A DNA stretch of 64,000 bases from Octopus vulgaris (GCA_951406725.2 OX597818.1:16740001-16804000); one strand, 5' to 3'. Counted from the first letter of the stretch, positions 14,491 to 29,000 are shown. The notes: generated by a model not told the origin, from the letters alone. Numbers and translations are program-made.

Positions 14491-15454
14491 AAGGCAATAG
14501 TTCAAAACAAGATTTTAAACTTGTGACTACAAGATTGGTTATCTCAAATCATACCTTCATAACTAATGTGCTTACTTGTCAAATTATTCATGTACGTTTT
14601 GTGTGCATGCATGTGTATGTTGGTCTGTAGAAGTGTGTGTGTAGTTGTTGGCATATAGAAATGCATATATGTGTGTACATTGAAATGTTTGTATGTGTAT
14701 TTTGGAATAACGAAATGTGTAAGTGTGTGTATATGTTGGTATAAAGAACTGTGAATGTGTGTAGGTGTGGGTGGGTCATCTAGAAGTGTATATGTATCCA
14801 CATGCATTACTATATACTCCACTTCCACTCTTCCAACATGCATGTGTATGCTCTTCCAACATGCATGTGTATGCTAAGAGAATAAGAGTTGTTGGCCATA
14901 TGTTTACGTCAGTCTTTACTCCTTCAAATATCAATCTGGATAAAGGAAATGGTAAAATGATCTGGTTAGTTAATAGTTATAATGTACGCTGATAGATTGT
15001 AACTCTATTACAATATCATTTATTCTCGACAGTGGTGGTAGGGATGATAATGATAACGATGGTAATGATGGATTTATGTTTCTCATTGTGTCAACTATAC
15101 AACATAGCGGTGTACCTCTTTGTTGAAACTGTACACTGCACAACAGTCAGTCTTGAGATTACTCACCTCCAGATTATAAAGCCAGGTGAATAGATTGTTT
15201 TTCTGGCTTATTTTCCAGTCTCTGCATGAATCATTTTTACAAGTAGAGCTGTACTATGCTGCTTTGTACTGACTAGCTTCTTGTCTTCTTTTTATTTTCT
15301 CTTTTCCAATATTATCTATTTTTTCTTTTGTTGTTGTTGTTGTTGTTGTTGTTGTCCACCAGTGCAAATGTTTGACTTATGTTAATTATCTAGTTTATTT
15401 ATGGTACTAATGTCATTCAGTAGTAGCAACCTTGTATTTACTAAGAATAGCTGC

Positions 15455-15758
15455 TGAGTTCATATAATTTCTGTTGAGTTTAGCTTTGCTTTTCAATCTT
15501 CCAGGATTGATAAAATACCAGTTATATACTGGAGTGGATTTCACCAGCCCTCTCTTCACTCTCAAATTTACGGCCTTGATTCTTTGTTAGAAACATGATT
15601 TTTATTACCAGTAATGCTCTTCTCAAATCTCATGGATGTTAACTTTATTTTTTCATTCCTCTCGAGTCAATAAAATAAAGTATCAATCAAATACTGGAAA
15701 TGATTTAATCAACTACTTCCACCATCAAATTTGTGGCCTTGTTGCCTATGTTAAAATT
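15455..15758 (+). mobile_element. Two decayed SINE-B fragments
   Basis: CTGAGTTCATA..GCTTTCAATCTTCCAGGATTGATAAAATACCAGTT and TTTCATTCCTCTCGAGTCAATAAAATAAAGTATC. Confidence 0.6.
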
Positions 15759-15760
15759 AA

Positions 15761-16077
15761 TTACCCTGAGCATGTAAGTGAAAGCAGGGTATTGTTATTG
15801 CTCATCTTTGTCAGTGTGTTTGCAAAATTACTGGAAAACCGCTGGATGGATTTCCACCAAAATATGGCAGAATACTCATTGGGTGAGTGGCTCAAACTCA
15901 TTAAATTTTGGTTTGGTGAATCGAAATTTTTTCCATTACATACGCATAAACGATAAGCAGGGGAAATAACCGTTGATATAATTTTGTTGAAATATGAATT
16001 TGTCTGAGATTATTAAATTTTTTTTACCATTGTGTGCGTACAAGGTATACATCACCCCTTCGATGCCTTTTTTTTTT
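15761..16077 (+). mobile_element. Possible Helentron-associated (DINE-1/HINE-like) non-autonomous element
   Basis: Subterminal inverted repeat TACCCTG..CAGGGTA, GGATGGATTTCCACCAAAAT body motif, ends in a T-run. Confidence 0.4.
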
Positions 16078-16097
16078 CATCTTAATAATATTGCTGA

Positions 16098-16315
16098 AGG
16101 TGGTAAGCTGGCAGAATTGTTAGCACACCAGGCAAAATGATTTGCAATATTTCGTTTGTTGCTATGTTCTGAGTTCAAATTCCACTGAGGTCATCTTTGC
16201 CTTTCATCCTTTCAGTGTCAGTAAAATGAAAACCAGTTAGGCACTGGGTTCAATGTAGTCGACTGATCCACTCTCTCAATATTTCAGGTCTTGTGCCTTT
16301 AGTTGAAAGAATTAT
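16098..16315 (+). mobile_element. SINE family B
   Basis: GGTGGTAAGCTGGCAGAATTGTTAGC head, GTTCAAATTCC B-box, GCCTTTCATCCTTTC body, (ATT)-like end. Confidence 0.85.
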
Positions 16316-16641
16316 TAATATTGCTCTCCTCAACTGCAATGGAGTAGCAGAAATGGGAGATCTTTAGTGGATCTTGCAGTCTTTCTTTAACACTTGGCTC
16401 TCAAAACCAATTGATGTTTTTAAACTGAAGAAGACGAGATTGTTTTTGTGTAAGATTAAGAGAAAACAAAATTTAAACAGTATATTTGAATTTACAACTA
16501 ATGAGCTAGGAGTTCAATGCCTTATCTATTCATCCATCTTATCACCACATCAGACTGTAAAAATATGTGAGTTAACATTGCTAATATTCTGGCAGCATCA
16601 CAATCCAGGATGACATAATTTCTGGATATTCTTATTGAAAA

Positions 16642-16945
16642 TCATCACCTAATGTTTACTTTTCCATGCTTGCATAGGTCAGATGGGATTTGTTGAGGCA
16701 GATTTTGTATGGCAGGATGCCCTTCCTGTTGCCAACCATCATCTGTTTCTAGGCAAGGTCATATTTTTTCCATGGCTAGACATGTTTTTGCTTGTATGAA
16801 GGTAATACTTATTTTCAACCATCATGCAATGTCTAGACTAGGGTACACACACACAAACACAAAAAAAAATGGATTTCCTTCAGTTTCCTTTTACCAAATC
16901 TACTCACAAGGTTTTGGTCAGCTTGAAGCAAAAGACACTTGCCCC
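16642..16945 (-). mobile_element. Chimeric SINE (SINE-A core plus RTE tail), 5' truncated
   Basis: Same module order as 9100-9503; contains GGATGCCCTTCCTGTTGCCAACC. Confidence 0.7.
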
Positions 16946-18107
16946 TCAATAGAGATGTAAAGCTATAATGTTTGAAAAAAATCGCTTTTTTTTTTGTTTT
17001 TCTGGATGTGTAGAATTCAAATGTAGGATAAAACAAAAACAAAACAACTCTGCATTAAAACTTGTAGAGGATTTCTTAGAGTCTATGGCCATAAATCTAA
17101 TGTCTTGTGCCATTGTAGTGTATGATATTGGCTGTTAGATGAAACCTATTGTTCAAGTCTGAACACAGTATTATATATTACTGCAGTACATTTAGCATCC
17201 AGGAATAGGTTGCAGATCATCTGGAGAATGTTACCTGTCGTAGACTAGCTTCCTATCCAGGAAGTGGTTTTACCTATCATTCGCTTTGGTATGAAGCTAG
17301 AACTTAGCACCGCTTCTTTAAAAATACCCTCCCTACCTAGCATTTATGTTACATATACAATGTAATGCTATATGTGCCTTGGTTTTGTAAGGTGGTACCC
17401 TGTATTGTAACAACTAAATACAAGCATTCTCTGCTTTATGGAAGCCTCGCATTTCTGAAAATTTTGCCATAATGTAGAATTCTATAACATTTTATGAGTT
17501 TTCCTCTTGATTTACATCCATTGTCTTCAATATAACATAAATAGGTTTCATGCTATGGAATTCCACATTACTGCAAGATTTTTCAAGACTGCAACCATTT
17601 TCCCCTATGCAATGGGTGGGGCAGGGTATAATTCATGTATTGGTAGAATGTTGACATGGGATGTAGTGTATGACATTGTCAGGTCATGTCATAGCAAGAC
17701 ATTCTAACACTGATAAGAATTGCTACCAAAGGCGTTAGGGTTAGATTTGCTGTAAGCATGACATGACACACTGATAAGGGTCTCTACCAATGACATCAAG
17801 AGAGGAAATTCTATCTCTGCTGTGTTACTTGTTATACCCTCTAATTAATGTGTCAGCTCCCTCCCTCTCTCTCTTTACCAGTCTTACATGCATTAGCTTC
17901 ACACATCCACTCACAATCATTGGTAATGTGTGTGTGTGTGAAAGTGATTGTGTATTTGTGTGTGTGCATGCAACTCTGTGTTTGCCTGTATATGTGTTTG
18001 TATATCCATGTTTATATTTGTGCATATGTATACGGTATGTTTGTCTGAGTATTTGTGTGTGTATACTAGCATATATAGTATGTTTACATAGAAAAAATGT
18101 ATGTATG

Positions 18108-18159
<52 letters not shown>

Positions 18160-19446
18160 TTTATCTTCGTATGTATGTTAAAAAGCATTCAAACCATTAT
18201 CATGTCTTTTTGTATATCAGGGACTATATTGTCAAATGTATCCAGGAAGTTTAGTTGCTATTTCTAACAGTTCAGGAGATTGGCATCTACCCCTGCTAGT
18301 ATGCATTTCTGCAAATTGTTGTGTGTGTGTGTGTGTGTTTTACTGTTGTCAATGTGTTACTGTGTGTCAGTATATAAGTGTTACAGAGAGTCACTGGAGC
18401 AAGATTTGTCCCTTGGTTTTATCAAGTTTAGCTACCATATAGAAATACTAGAGTTTCTTACACATGCATGCACACATACGTGCACGAAACTATGATTTGA
18501 GTGAAAGTTGGCTGCTGTTTCTATTAGGTGTAAATGATCTGTTCCAGCAGCAAAAACAAAAGTACTTGCAATCTGTTGAAATATTTTTATAGTGTATGCA
18601 GCACATGATATCAAGTAATTTGATTGGTCACTAGGTTTATTTCCTTGAGTAGGGTCATTTCAACTTCTGTCTATGGTTTATTTAAAATAGGAAGGACAGC
18701 ACCCATGATCATTGCAAGATCTCCAAGACTGGAGGAGGGGAAAAGAGAGGAACAGTTTACAACTAATAGTTTGTTCCAGTAGAAATCAGTACATTTAGTT
18801 ATCAGAGGATTCATTGAATACTTCTAATTGATTAGTTTCTGCTAAAAACATTAAGCAGCATTCTGGATGTGTTACACCTGGCTATGAATTAAATCTGTTA
18901 ACCAAGAACAGGTGCAGCCTAGTAGTTTCTACAAAGTTTCCATCTAATTTCACTCACAATACTTAGCTTGACTTGAGGCTATGTTAAAAGACACCTGTCC
19001 AAAGTGTTGTATACTGTAATTAAACCTGAAATCATGTGATTGCAAAGTAAACATTTTAACCATATGATCATACCTTCACCTTTTCTGTGTTGTGCCCCTA
19101 AGCAAAGCAACCAAATCTACATGGTGCAGTTTCTCAAACTAACAACAAACTCCCATCTTACTTTACAGTGGAGTGCTTAGAGATAAGAATATTCTTCCTT
19201 TCACTGATTAAGATGTGCAAAAATATGAAGATATGCAAGGAATTCAAATCAAGAACTGGAGTAACAACAATAATATAGTATTAAAACGTGTTCTACAAGC
19301 ATGTCTTCATATATCATCATCATTTTAATGTTCACTGTTCTGTGCTTACATATGTCATACAGAATTATGGCAGGTTTTCTATAATTGGATGCCCCTCCTC
19401 TTGTCAACCCTCACCTGTTTCTGAGCAAAGTAATAATCCTCTAGGC

Positions 19447-20085
19447 CAGTGGTTCTCAGCTGGAGTTTGTATGGCCCTTGCGTGTCCATATATGGTTTTT
19501 CTATAAAACATTTGTGTGTAAAAAGCTGATTATATTTCTACAATACACAAAATATTTAAACATTTAAAAAACAAATTCCTGGTAGGCGTAGGAGTGGCTG
19601 TGTGGTAAGTAGCTTGCTTATGAACTACATGGTTCCGGGTTCAGTCCCACTGGGTGGCACCTTGGGCAAGTGTCTTCTACTATAGCCTTGGGCCGACCAA
19701 AGCCTTATGAGTGGATTTGGTAGATAGAAACTGAAAGAAGTCCGTCGTATATATGTATATATATGTATATTTATGTGTGTATATGTTTGTGTGTCTGTGT
19801 TTGTCGCCCCAGCATCACTTGACAACTGATGCTGGTGTGTTTACGTCCCCGTAACTTAGCAGTTCTGCAAAAGGGACCAATAGAATAAGTACTAGGCTTA
19901 CAAAGAATAAGTCCTGGGGTTGATTTGCTCAACTAAAGGCGGTGCTCCAGCATGGCTGCAGTCAAATGACTGAAACAAGTAAAAGAGTAATATTTAATCA
20001 TAAAACTATAATTGGAGTTTTTAGACATTGAATGGTGATGTGGGTCCCACCCCATAACTAAAATAGGAGCCAAAGGGATCCATAG
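19447..20085. mobile_element. hAT (Charlie-like) MITE remnant interrupted by SINE-A
   Basis: Starts CAGTGGTTCTCA, a typical hAT-Charlie terminus. AT-rich body continues after the SINE; no right TIR seen. Confidence 0.45.
19585..19990 (+). mobile_element. SINE family A, full length
   Basis: GGCGTAGGAGTGGCTGTGTGGTAAG head, GGTTCAGTCCC B-box, CACCTTGGGCAAGTGTCTT CORE-like motif, tail AAACAAGTAAAAGAGT. Confidence 0.95.
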
Positions 20086-20545
20086 TATATACAATACTGT
20101 TTGTATTTAATTGTGAGGCTGTTTTGTTTACAAGTTAGTGAACACATAAAACAGAGAGAAAATATGAACTCTCTCTCTCTTTCACACATACATACATGCA
20201 TGCCTCCTTGGTTTCTTGTATCAGCCTCACTTACAAGGTGTTGTTTGACTGCAGTTTTTGCTCAGAACTTTTGTCGACAAGGTTCATGTAGTGGGACTAA
20301 ACTTTAAATCACTAGGTTTTAAAGCAAACTTTTAGCTGCGCAACTTTAAATACACAAACACACACTGGGTGCCTTTTTTGGAGCACCAGCATGCAGTAGA
20401 GCTAGTACCCCGAAAAGGCATCCTGTACACGTGACTTACATTAGAAAGGTTATCTAATTATAGAAGCCATGCCAAAGCAGATACTGGAACACAATGTAGT
20501 CTTTGGACCCAGTATCATGTGTGGCCATTAAATTATATGTACATA

Positions 20546-20915
20546 GGCGCAGGAGTGGCTGTGTGGTAAGTAGCTTTGCATACCAACCACATGGTTCTGG
20601 GTTCAGCCTCACTGCATGGCACCTTGGGCAAGTGTCTTCTACTATAGCCTTGCGCCAACCAAAGCCTTCTAAGTGGATTTGGTGGATGGAAACTGAAAGA
20701 AGCCTGCTGAATGTGTGTGTGTGTGTGTGCGTCACCCCAACATCGGTTGACAACCAATGCTGGTGTGTTTATGTCACCGTAACTTAGTGGTTCAGCAAAG
20801 GAGACCAATAGTATAAGTACTAGGCTTACAAAGAATAAGTCCTGGGGTCGATTTGCTTAACTAAAGGCAGTGCTCCAGCATGGCCACCGTCAAATAGCTG
20901 AAACAAATAAAAGAA
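20546..20915 (+). mobile_element. SINE family A, full length
   Basis: Colinear with 19585-19990. Confidence 0.93.
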
Positions 20916-22184
20916 TATATAGACACACACAACACACTTATATATATAAAATAAATATAAATATATGACACTTGCCTAAGGTGCCACTCTGGATTTAGAA
21001 CCATAGCAAAATAACCTTTTTTAATTTCACTTGTGTGCAGTATACATATATAAAATTTATTAAGTGAGCAATGTGAAAGAGAGATAGTACTTTGCATGAT
21101 GTTGACAACATTGTTTGTGGAACAGTCTTTGAACTGCCTGTTTGACATAAATTCTTTCTTGTGGATGGGTAGGCTACTTACAAGGCCTTTTGGTGTTGAG
21201 AAAACTTGTTTTATTTTTTTTTTACCCCCTTGTCAAGGTTTCATTTGTCAGATAACAAAATATAAAAAATGCTTATGACACCAAGGAAATATTGATAAAA
21301 TTGGCAAAGGAAAAACAAGGTGACTCAAGTTAAGTGGTATAATCTCCAGGCTGTCAGTATATCTGAAGAGAAACTGACCTTTGAGAGCAAGGAAGAAAAA
21401 AATATATATATATTTAAAAAACAGTTGTGAAATACTTAATACTCCAGTAACAATCATCTGAGTGTCTCATCAGAGAATAACATGAAAAAAAAGTCTACCA
21501 TTATCATCATCATTTATGCTCTACATACTTTGGGCTGCTGGTATGGGTTTCACTCAATGAAAGATAGAGCTCCTCTCACTCCTATCTACTTTATATAGCA
21601 TTAAATCATTTTGGTAAATATTTCAATTCTGTCAGCACATTCTATTTTCATTGGAGGGAGAATGTATTTTCTCTTCAGATTTCTCATCAATCCTAAAGAA
21701 TTAGAGAACTCAACCAAATAAGAGCAGAATGATTTAAATACCATTTTTTTTTCTTCAGGCACTAGTTTCTCCTTTAAACACTAAATTAACAATAACTCAT
21801 TCTATTCTTTTATCTCCTTTGTCTAAAAAGTTTGGAAATACAATGAAGTGAGCCATCTAAATGCCTTTATTGTCATCATTGTTATTTTTTGGTATATTTT
21901 TCTATGCTGGCATGGTTTGTATAAGTTTTCAATCTTGGTCTTTTGTCAATTATTCGATATCACTAGGTTCTTACGTTTGCGTTCACTTCTTTGTCCTCCT
22001 TTTGCCATGTAATATATATTGTCACAGTGTGTTTCAAAATATGATTGAATTAGCTTTAATCAACTATTTCCACCTGTTGCCAATAATCCACCTTAGAGCA
22101 TTTCAAACTTTTCTTAACTTTTCTCTTTATGTGGATTGCAGCATGCTAAAAGAAATTAACTGACTGACTATCTAGCTCAAGTTT

Positions 22185-22808
22185 GTGCTGGCATGGCTAC
22201 GTGGTAAGACTTTTGCTTCCCAGCCACATGGTTCCAGGTTCAGTTTCTATGTGGCATCATTGACAAATGTCTTCTATTATAACCCCAGGCCTACCAAAGC
22301 CTTATGAGTGGATTTGATGAACAGAAACTGAAAGACTGAAAGAAGCACATTGTGTATGCATACATATGTGTGTGTGTGTGTGTGTGTGTTTATGTTTGTA
22401 CTCCACCACTGTTTGACAACTGGTGTTGGTTTGTTTATGTCTCCGTAACTTAGCAGTTACCTACAGAATAAGTATCCAACTTTAACAAATCAGTACCAGG
22501 GTTGACTCATTCAATTAAAGCCCTTCTAAGCAGTGCTGCAGCATTTGCTATAGTTCAATGATAGAAACATGTAAAAGATAAAAGGTGCGTTTGTGTGTGT
22601 CTTTATGTCTGTATTTGCCCCCCACCACCATTTGACAACTGTTGTTGGTGTTTTTCATCCTTGCAACTGAGCGGTTCGACAAAGAAGACTGATAGAATAA
22701 GTTCCAGGCTTAAAAAGGAATTAAGTACTGGGATAGATTAGTTCAACTAAAATTCTACAAGGTGGTTCCCCAGCATTGCTGCAATCTAATGACTGAAACA
22801 AATAAGAT
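22185..22808 (+). mobile_element. Older SINE-A copy followed by a duplicated 3' half
   Basis: Head to tail at 22185-22583; second tail module at 22586-22808. Confidence 0.8.
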
Positions 22809-22831
22809 ATATTTTAGATCTAAGGCTTATA

Positions 22832-23163
22832 TTCTTTTACTTGTTACAGTCATTTGACTGTAGCCGTGCTGGAGCACTGCCTTAAGGGGTTTTTTTAGTT
22901 GCAGAAATCGACCCAAGGACTTATTCTTTGTAAGCCTATTCTACAGGTTCTTTTGCTGGACTGCTAAGTTACAGGGATGTAAACACATCAACATTGGTTG
23001 TCAAGCAATGGTGGGTAGGGGACAGATGCAGATACAAAGACACACATACATACAATGGGCTTCTTTCAGTTTCCATCTACCAAATACATTCACAAGACTT
23101 TGGTCAGCCCGAGGCTATAGTAGAAGACACTTGCCCAAGGTGCCACATAGTGTGACTGAACTG
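22832..23163 (-). mobile_element. SINE-A, 5' truncated
   Basis: Reverse complement of the SINE-A tail and core. Confidence 0.88.
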
Positions 23164-25235
23164 GGATACCTTTTTTTGTAATATTATATTGGAGGGACAT
23201 CTTTTTTCTTTGAAGGCCATTATGATTATGTAAAAAAGCTGTGGTGTATTACAGCTGTTGTGTATTACCCTACATCATTGATGTAGGGTAAAATCAGGCT
23301 GGTTGAACTTACTTGTCTCCAAGCATCATACACAAGGGAATTTGAAGTTAGCTAGCGTTGTTAGCATGGTACTTGTTTAGAACTAGTTGAAGGGCCGTTT
23401 AAGAATCTATTTATTCTTCCATGGACATAACACAGTACAAGTAATGGGATATAGACCATGAACATTTCTCTAAGATAGTTGATACTATTTTCTAGCCCAG
23501 CTAGCTGAAGTTCTCATGTTCTGTGTGACTTCAATTAAGTAAATTCTTTAACAATTTGGCATCATTTGGAGGAAAGAAGTACGGGCAGTTTGGAGTGGTG
23601 GTGGAATAAATTGATTCTTTAAACTGAAATATTTAGAGATACTAGAATTGATAAAATAAAAACAAGCAAAATAAATATAAATATTTAAATTCCATAAAGT
23701 TGAAATTTCTTGAGAATGTTTTAATTAAATTTGTATTTTGCATGATTTCCTCTGCCTGCATTATATCATATTTCATAGATATAATACTTCATTATTCAGA
23801 AATGTTTTAAACCCAATCCTTTATGACTAGGATGGTTTTGTTGGCAGAAAGTATTTCCACAGCTGGAGGATGTTCTTTCTACAAAATACCAAGAGGTATA
23901 ATTTGAGTGGCACCTCTTTTTACCTGTGTAAACTTTGGGAAGTTAACTTGTCTTGCCCAGGATTCCAGTGTAGTGACTGAACAAGGGCCTGAACACAGGT
24001 GTAGTTAGTCAGTAGTTCACTACCTCAACATTTGTAATCATTGTGAGGTTGTATATGAAAAGAATATGTTATCATTGTTTTTTTTTTTGTTTTTTTCACC
24101 TCTGCTTTTCCCACACTGATATGAGTTATATGAGACTTCTTGAGGCAGTGTTCAATTGTGAGATGCCCTTCATGATGCCAACCCATATTTTCAAATATGG
24201 TACTTTATTCTACTTCTTTACATTTGGAACTCTCATGGACAAGCAAACATGCTCACACATATAAACACGAATAGTGTTTAAAATTTACAACATTAAACTA
24301 CATCAGGTGACAGGGCTCCAATCCTGGAGTTTTGAGGAGTGTGGAGTTGCTCCTTAATTACCATTACTCACAGGCCCATTCTGCCCCAAATGGTAGCACC
24401 TGTTAGGGTCCCATCTAGGGGCTAAATAGGTTTTCCATTGATAAAAGAGGCTCTTGTTACTTTTGACAAAGCTGTGGGGAAGGCAGCTCTTTGAAGCAGA
24501 AGATAGTCAGACATAAAACTTGCATTCAAAACAGTACCAGTCATTTGTAACCTACTGTATTAACAGAGAGTGTGAGAAGTATTGTACAAACTTTTGTCAC
24601 TTAAATTCAACAATGTACTGATGTCTCATTCTGAATGAGCGACAGCTGTTATCTGACAAGATGAATAGTTGATTATCAATTTGTGCATCTAATGTATGTA
24701 GACATGTATATGTGGGGGAGAAAAGTTTTGCTGACCCTCCCACTAAATCTTCTGTCAGCTACTTTATTCTGCTACTGCAGAACCTTATCATCATTCTACT
24801 AGCCGTACAATATGGCTCATTTCAATCCTTTATCTCATCTGTAAGACCCAAGAGCTTGAAATCTGTCCTTACCACTTATCTCCTCCTTTAGTATCTGTCT
24901 TTTCCATAGGGAGCTTCCGTTGTCAGCCCCACCATGGCAAACTTTACTACTCCCAGAACTCATCACATATAGTCATCACAACCATCTTTCATCTAGTTTA
25001 ATGTCCAGCCAGCTAGCCACTCTCTCATCTCACCTGTGTCCCACCTTCCTCATAGGTTTCCGCTATAGCATTAATATATCACACCTGACTCATTTCTCAC
25101 CAGTCCCCCACACTTCTTCCATATACAACACTTGTATTTGCTTGTCATACAGCACCACACTCCTTAGACATTACTTCATACAATCAGTATTTTGTTACAC
25201 ATACACACAAAGTTTTTGGTCAAAATATTTGTATG

Positions 25236-25273
<38 letters not shown>

Positions 25274-25518
25274 ACTACCTAAATAGCTCTTTTAACCATT
25301 CCTTTGTTATAAGGTTTCCGTCTCTTGTTATTGTATACTTACTTAGTTTCTAGCCTTCACTGATTTGTATCATCATCATCATGCATTTTTAATACATTTT
25401 CTTTCCACATCAGATTGAATTCCTCGCTTGTCAGGTCTTTGAACTTTAATATATCTGCATCATGATGACTAATCAGTCACTTCCACCATTACCATCGCCA
25501 CTGCCTTCATAATCATCA

Positions 25519-25519
<1 letters not shown>

Positions 25520-25567
<48 letters not shown>

Positions 25568-25693
25568 TTATTATTTTTATTATTATTTTTATTATTATTT
25601 ATATTATTATTTTTATTATTATTATTATTATTTTTATTTTTATTTTTATTATTTTTTTAATTATTATTTTTATTATAATTATTATTATTATTA

Positions 25694-25733
<40 letters not shown>
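25520..25733. repeat. Long imperfect (ATT)n microsatellite
   Basis: Read directly from the sequence. Confidence 0.95.
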
Positions 25734-25735
<2 letters not shown>

Positions 25736-26481
25736 GCAGTATTGTTAATCATGGTTGTCAGGATGTTACAGTTAAGGTGATACCTCCTCCTCCTCATTTT
25801 TTGCAGCGAATGCCATACTGATTGTGTTTGCTTACTAAAGCACAAGTCTGCTGCCTCACCATTCAATCAACCACTTTCCCTTCATCTCTTTCAGTACGCT
25901 GGACTCTGGGACCATTTAAGTTAGGCTGGAAGTATGCTACTGTCTCTTTATTAAATATTTCCTATTATTTACTTTCACATTTCTCATCCAAGCAGCAGAG
26001 TATTTCCTTGCCATTTTCCAATTAGAACTGGACTTCCCACTGCTAAACTTGACCAGTTTCTTTCTGTCACATCAGTCATTCTTGACCTTGTTCTTATTGT
26101 CATGCTTGAACTAGTTTTCATTGCTCTGCTTGACCTAGTTCTTGCTGGCTTACTTGACCTACTTCTTGTCATGCTCAACCTAGTTCTTGCCTTTGTTCTC
26201 TGCCTGGTTCTTTGTTACACTTCACCTACTTCTTCCACTTTTCTGGCAAAAGAAAGAAAGAAATCTCAGTTAATGTCCTGATGGAAAATTTGACTAGATG
26301 ATTCCTATTTCTTAGTTTCACCGAATGCTTTGGCGAGTTCTTTAAATTGTTGAGTTCTTATCTACTTCCCCATCACAACAACAAATCTTATTAAGATATA
26401 TAATTATCTCTTATGTAGAAATTATGTTGAAATTATCATATATGCACAAATTAAGATGTTTATGTAAGTAAGTATACAACC

Positions 26482-26698
26482 CTTTACTTGTTTCAATTAT
26501 TAGACTGAGGCCATGCTGGGGCACTGCCTTGAAGAATTTTAAACAAAAGAATTGATTCCAATATTTTTTTTGGAAGCCTGGTACTTATTCTGTTAGTCTC
26601 TTTTGCCAAACTTCTAAGTTACAAGGGCATGAATACACCAACACTAGTTGTCAAATGGTGGCGGGGGATAAACACATACAAAATGACACACCACGCAT

Positions 26699-26736
<38 letters not shown>

Positions 26737-26884
26737 CTTTCAGCTTCTGTCTACCAAATCCATTCATGAGGCTTTGGTCAGCCTGAGGCTATAGTAAAAG
26801 ACACTTGCACAAGGTGCCATGCAGTGGAACTGAACCTGGAACCATGTGGTTGGAAAGCAAACTTCTTACTACACAGGCACACCT
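26482..26884 (-). mobile_element. SINE-A, full length
   Basis: Reverse complement match with internal (CA)n. Confidence 0.88.
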
Positions 26885-26889
26885 ACAAT

Positions 26890-27270
26890 ATACATAAATT
26901 ATATTGAAACATGTTATTTATCCAATTTGCATAAATTATACTCAAATATGTAAATATTCAAACCACATAAATGATATTAAAAATTGTAAATATATGCATA
27001 AATTATATCAGAACATTTAATTATCCAATACTCATAAATGTTGGAATGTAAAAATATCCAGTACACATAAATTATATTGCAATATCATGCAAACACAAGA
27101 TACACATAAATTATATTGAAATATGCAATGTAAATATCCTAAATAAATTATATTGAAATAGCATATAAATATCTTAAAAGCATAAATTATTTTGAAATAT
27201 CATGTAAATATCTTAAGTTCATAAATTATATTGAATTAATGTCCTAAATACATAAATTATGTTGAACGAT
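26890..27270. repeat. Degenerate AT-rich minisatellite (unit about 35-38 bp)
   Basis: About ten recurrences of CATAAATTATATTGAAATAT..TAAATATC; related units at 29150-29480. Confidence 0.75.
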
Positions 27271-28559
27271 TATTTCTACATTGTCACATTCATGGGGATT
27301 CAAACCACAGCAGTACAGAAAAAAAGAACAAAGAGAAAACTGTACCTTAAAAGTGAAATTCTCTTGTGATTATTTCCATTATTGTGATTATTACACATAT
27401 GTGATCAAATTCCATCTTGGAATTCTGTGGCAGTCACACATTTTGTTTGTTTCCAAATCACCACTAGTCATCTTACTTGTTCTTTGTGGTTTTTGTCACT
27501 GTTTACAATTATCTTTAAAAAAAAAAATATCTTTTAATGTATCATATAGATGTAATTTTTGGCTCTGAATCCAAATTTGTTACTCATTTATTCCAGAAAA
27601 AAATTACAGTTGTTCAAAATTTTGATCATTTTCAGAATTTTCAGCCTATCAGAAAACAGCATGTTTGCTGCCTCTTCCATCATCAGGGGCGGTGGGGGTG
27701 GGGCATAGGCATGTTAAAGCATTGCTAGAAATAACAGTCAAAACATTAAAATATACACGGATGAAATTAACATTAAAACATTCGCGAGCAAATGAAATAT
27801 TTGAAACAGAGTGCAATACACTCTAGGATTTTATAAAATAAACCATCTAGCCCTGTGTCGTCACATGCACACATATACACACACATACACACATATACTC
27901 ACACAGAGTTGAAATGCTGTTTGTTTTTACTTTTCAGCTTTGAATGTTCACCATCCCACTTTCATTGCATGCGTGCACACACACACACAAACATTCACAT
28001 ACCTCCCTTTTACATACACATACACTCACAGTTGAAACACTCCCGCTACCAGTTTGCCATCACCTTTTCCTTCCTTATTCATCTATCACCCCTTCCTTTC
28101 TCATTCATATGTTGTAACAGAGAAAATCACAAGAGTATTATTGTTGTAGAAGATTATCTTTCTCATATTTCCTTCTCCTCCTTGGGCACATGTACAGTAT
28201 CTTTGGTTACTATAGAAACAGTGATGTGTAAAATAATCAAATTTTGCAAATTTTAAAGACTAATAGCTTCTTAATTATGGATTTATAGGTAAAATGAATT
28301 TCCTTTTCATAATTAGTATACAAAACTTAATCCATATACCAAATTTGAAACAATTGGAACAAAATTGTAAACAGTGATGAAAACCACAAAGATCCATCTT
28401 ATTTTGTATCATTATCATCATCATGGCTCAATAGCAAAGTTTGGAAGCTCTTGGGCTCACAACTGCAGACAACTCTAGCCAAGATGAACAAAAGAGGGAG
28501 CCTGCTGTTGAATCAGCTAGTTATTGCAACTAATTCTTCAAATCATATAGTTGTATGTG

Positions 28560-29000
28560 CAATGCCTACAGGTGCTAGTAACCCTGGATCTCCACTGCTT
28601 TTTGCATTACTTAATATGTTACTAGGTTGGCCTTGCTGTAGTCAGTTGGTAAGGCCATCAAGTATCTTCGGTCTTCTTCAGCTTCTTCCTTTCAGTTTCC
28701 CAATGATCAATAAGTGTTCAAGGCTTTATCTTATTTAAACCTTTGACTGTCCTAATCATTTTCATAAGTTTGTCCTAAATGTCTATGCTTATGTTCAGGC
28801 TTTTTTTTTGTTAACCCTTGTTTCATACATTCTGTATAATGTGATGCTTTTCCTTTGTAAGTCCCAAGTTACTCTGGTAGTTGCAAAAAATTGGGAATGT
28901 GTATCATATATCATAACAGGCAAAGGATTTACTGTCCAATGGATTTAGCCTGTTGCCTTCTTATATTAAGTTTTCTGGTGGTTTCTGCTTGTTGATTACG
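28560..29000 (-). pseudogene. Decayed LINE ORF C-terminal remnant (RTE-like)
   Basis: Minus-strand translation gives SLEHLLIIGKLKGRS*RRPKILDGL, resembling the G-K-x-E-G-K-R-x-R-G-R-P C-terminal motif of RTE-type ORFs. Confidence 0.45.

Noticed and set aside
17790-18254. 154-aa ORF and many similar ORFs (YIYIY, HTHTH, CVCVC, LSLSL)
   Set aside because: They are translations of dinucleotide microsatellites and SINE interiors, with no domain signal.
25984-26178. Arg/Ser-rich ORF suggesting an SR-protein exon
   Set aside because: Arises from a degenerate CTTGACCTAGTT minisatellite; no clear splice sites.
26890-27270. CRISPR-like repeat periodicity
   Set aside because: Eukaryotic context, degenerate units, no unique spacers of constant length, and no cas genes.
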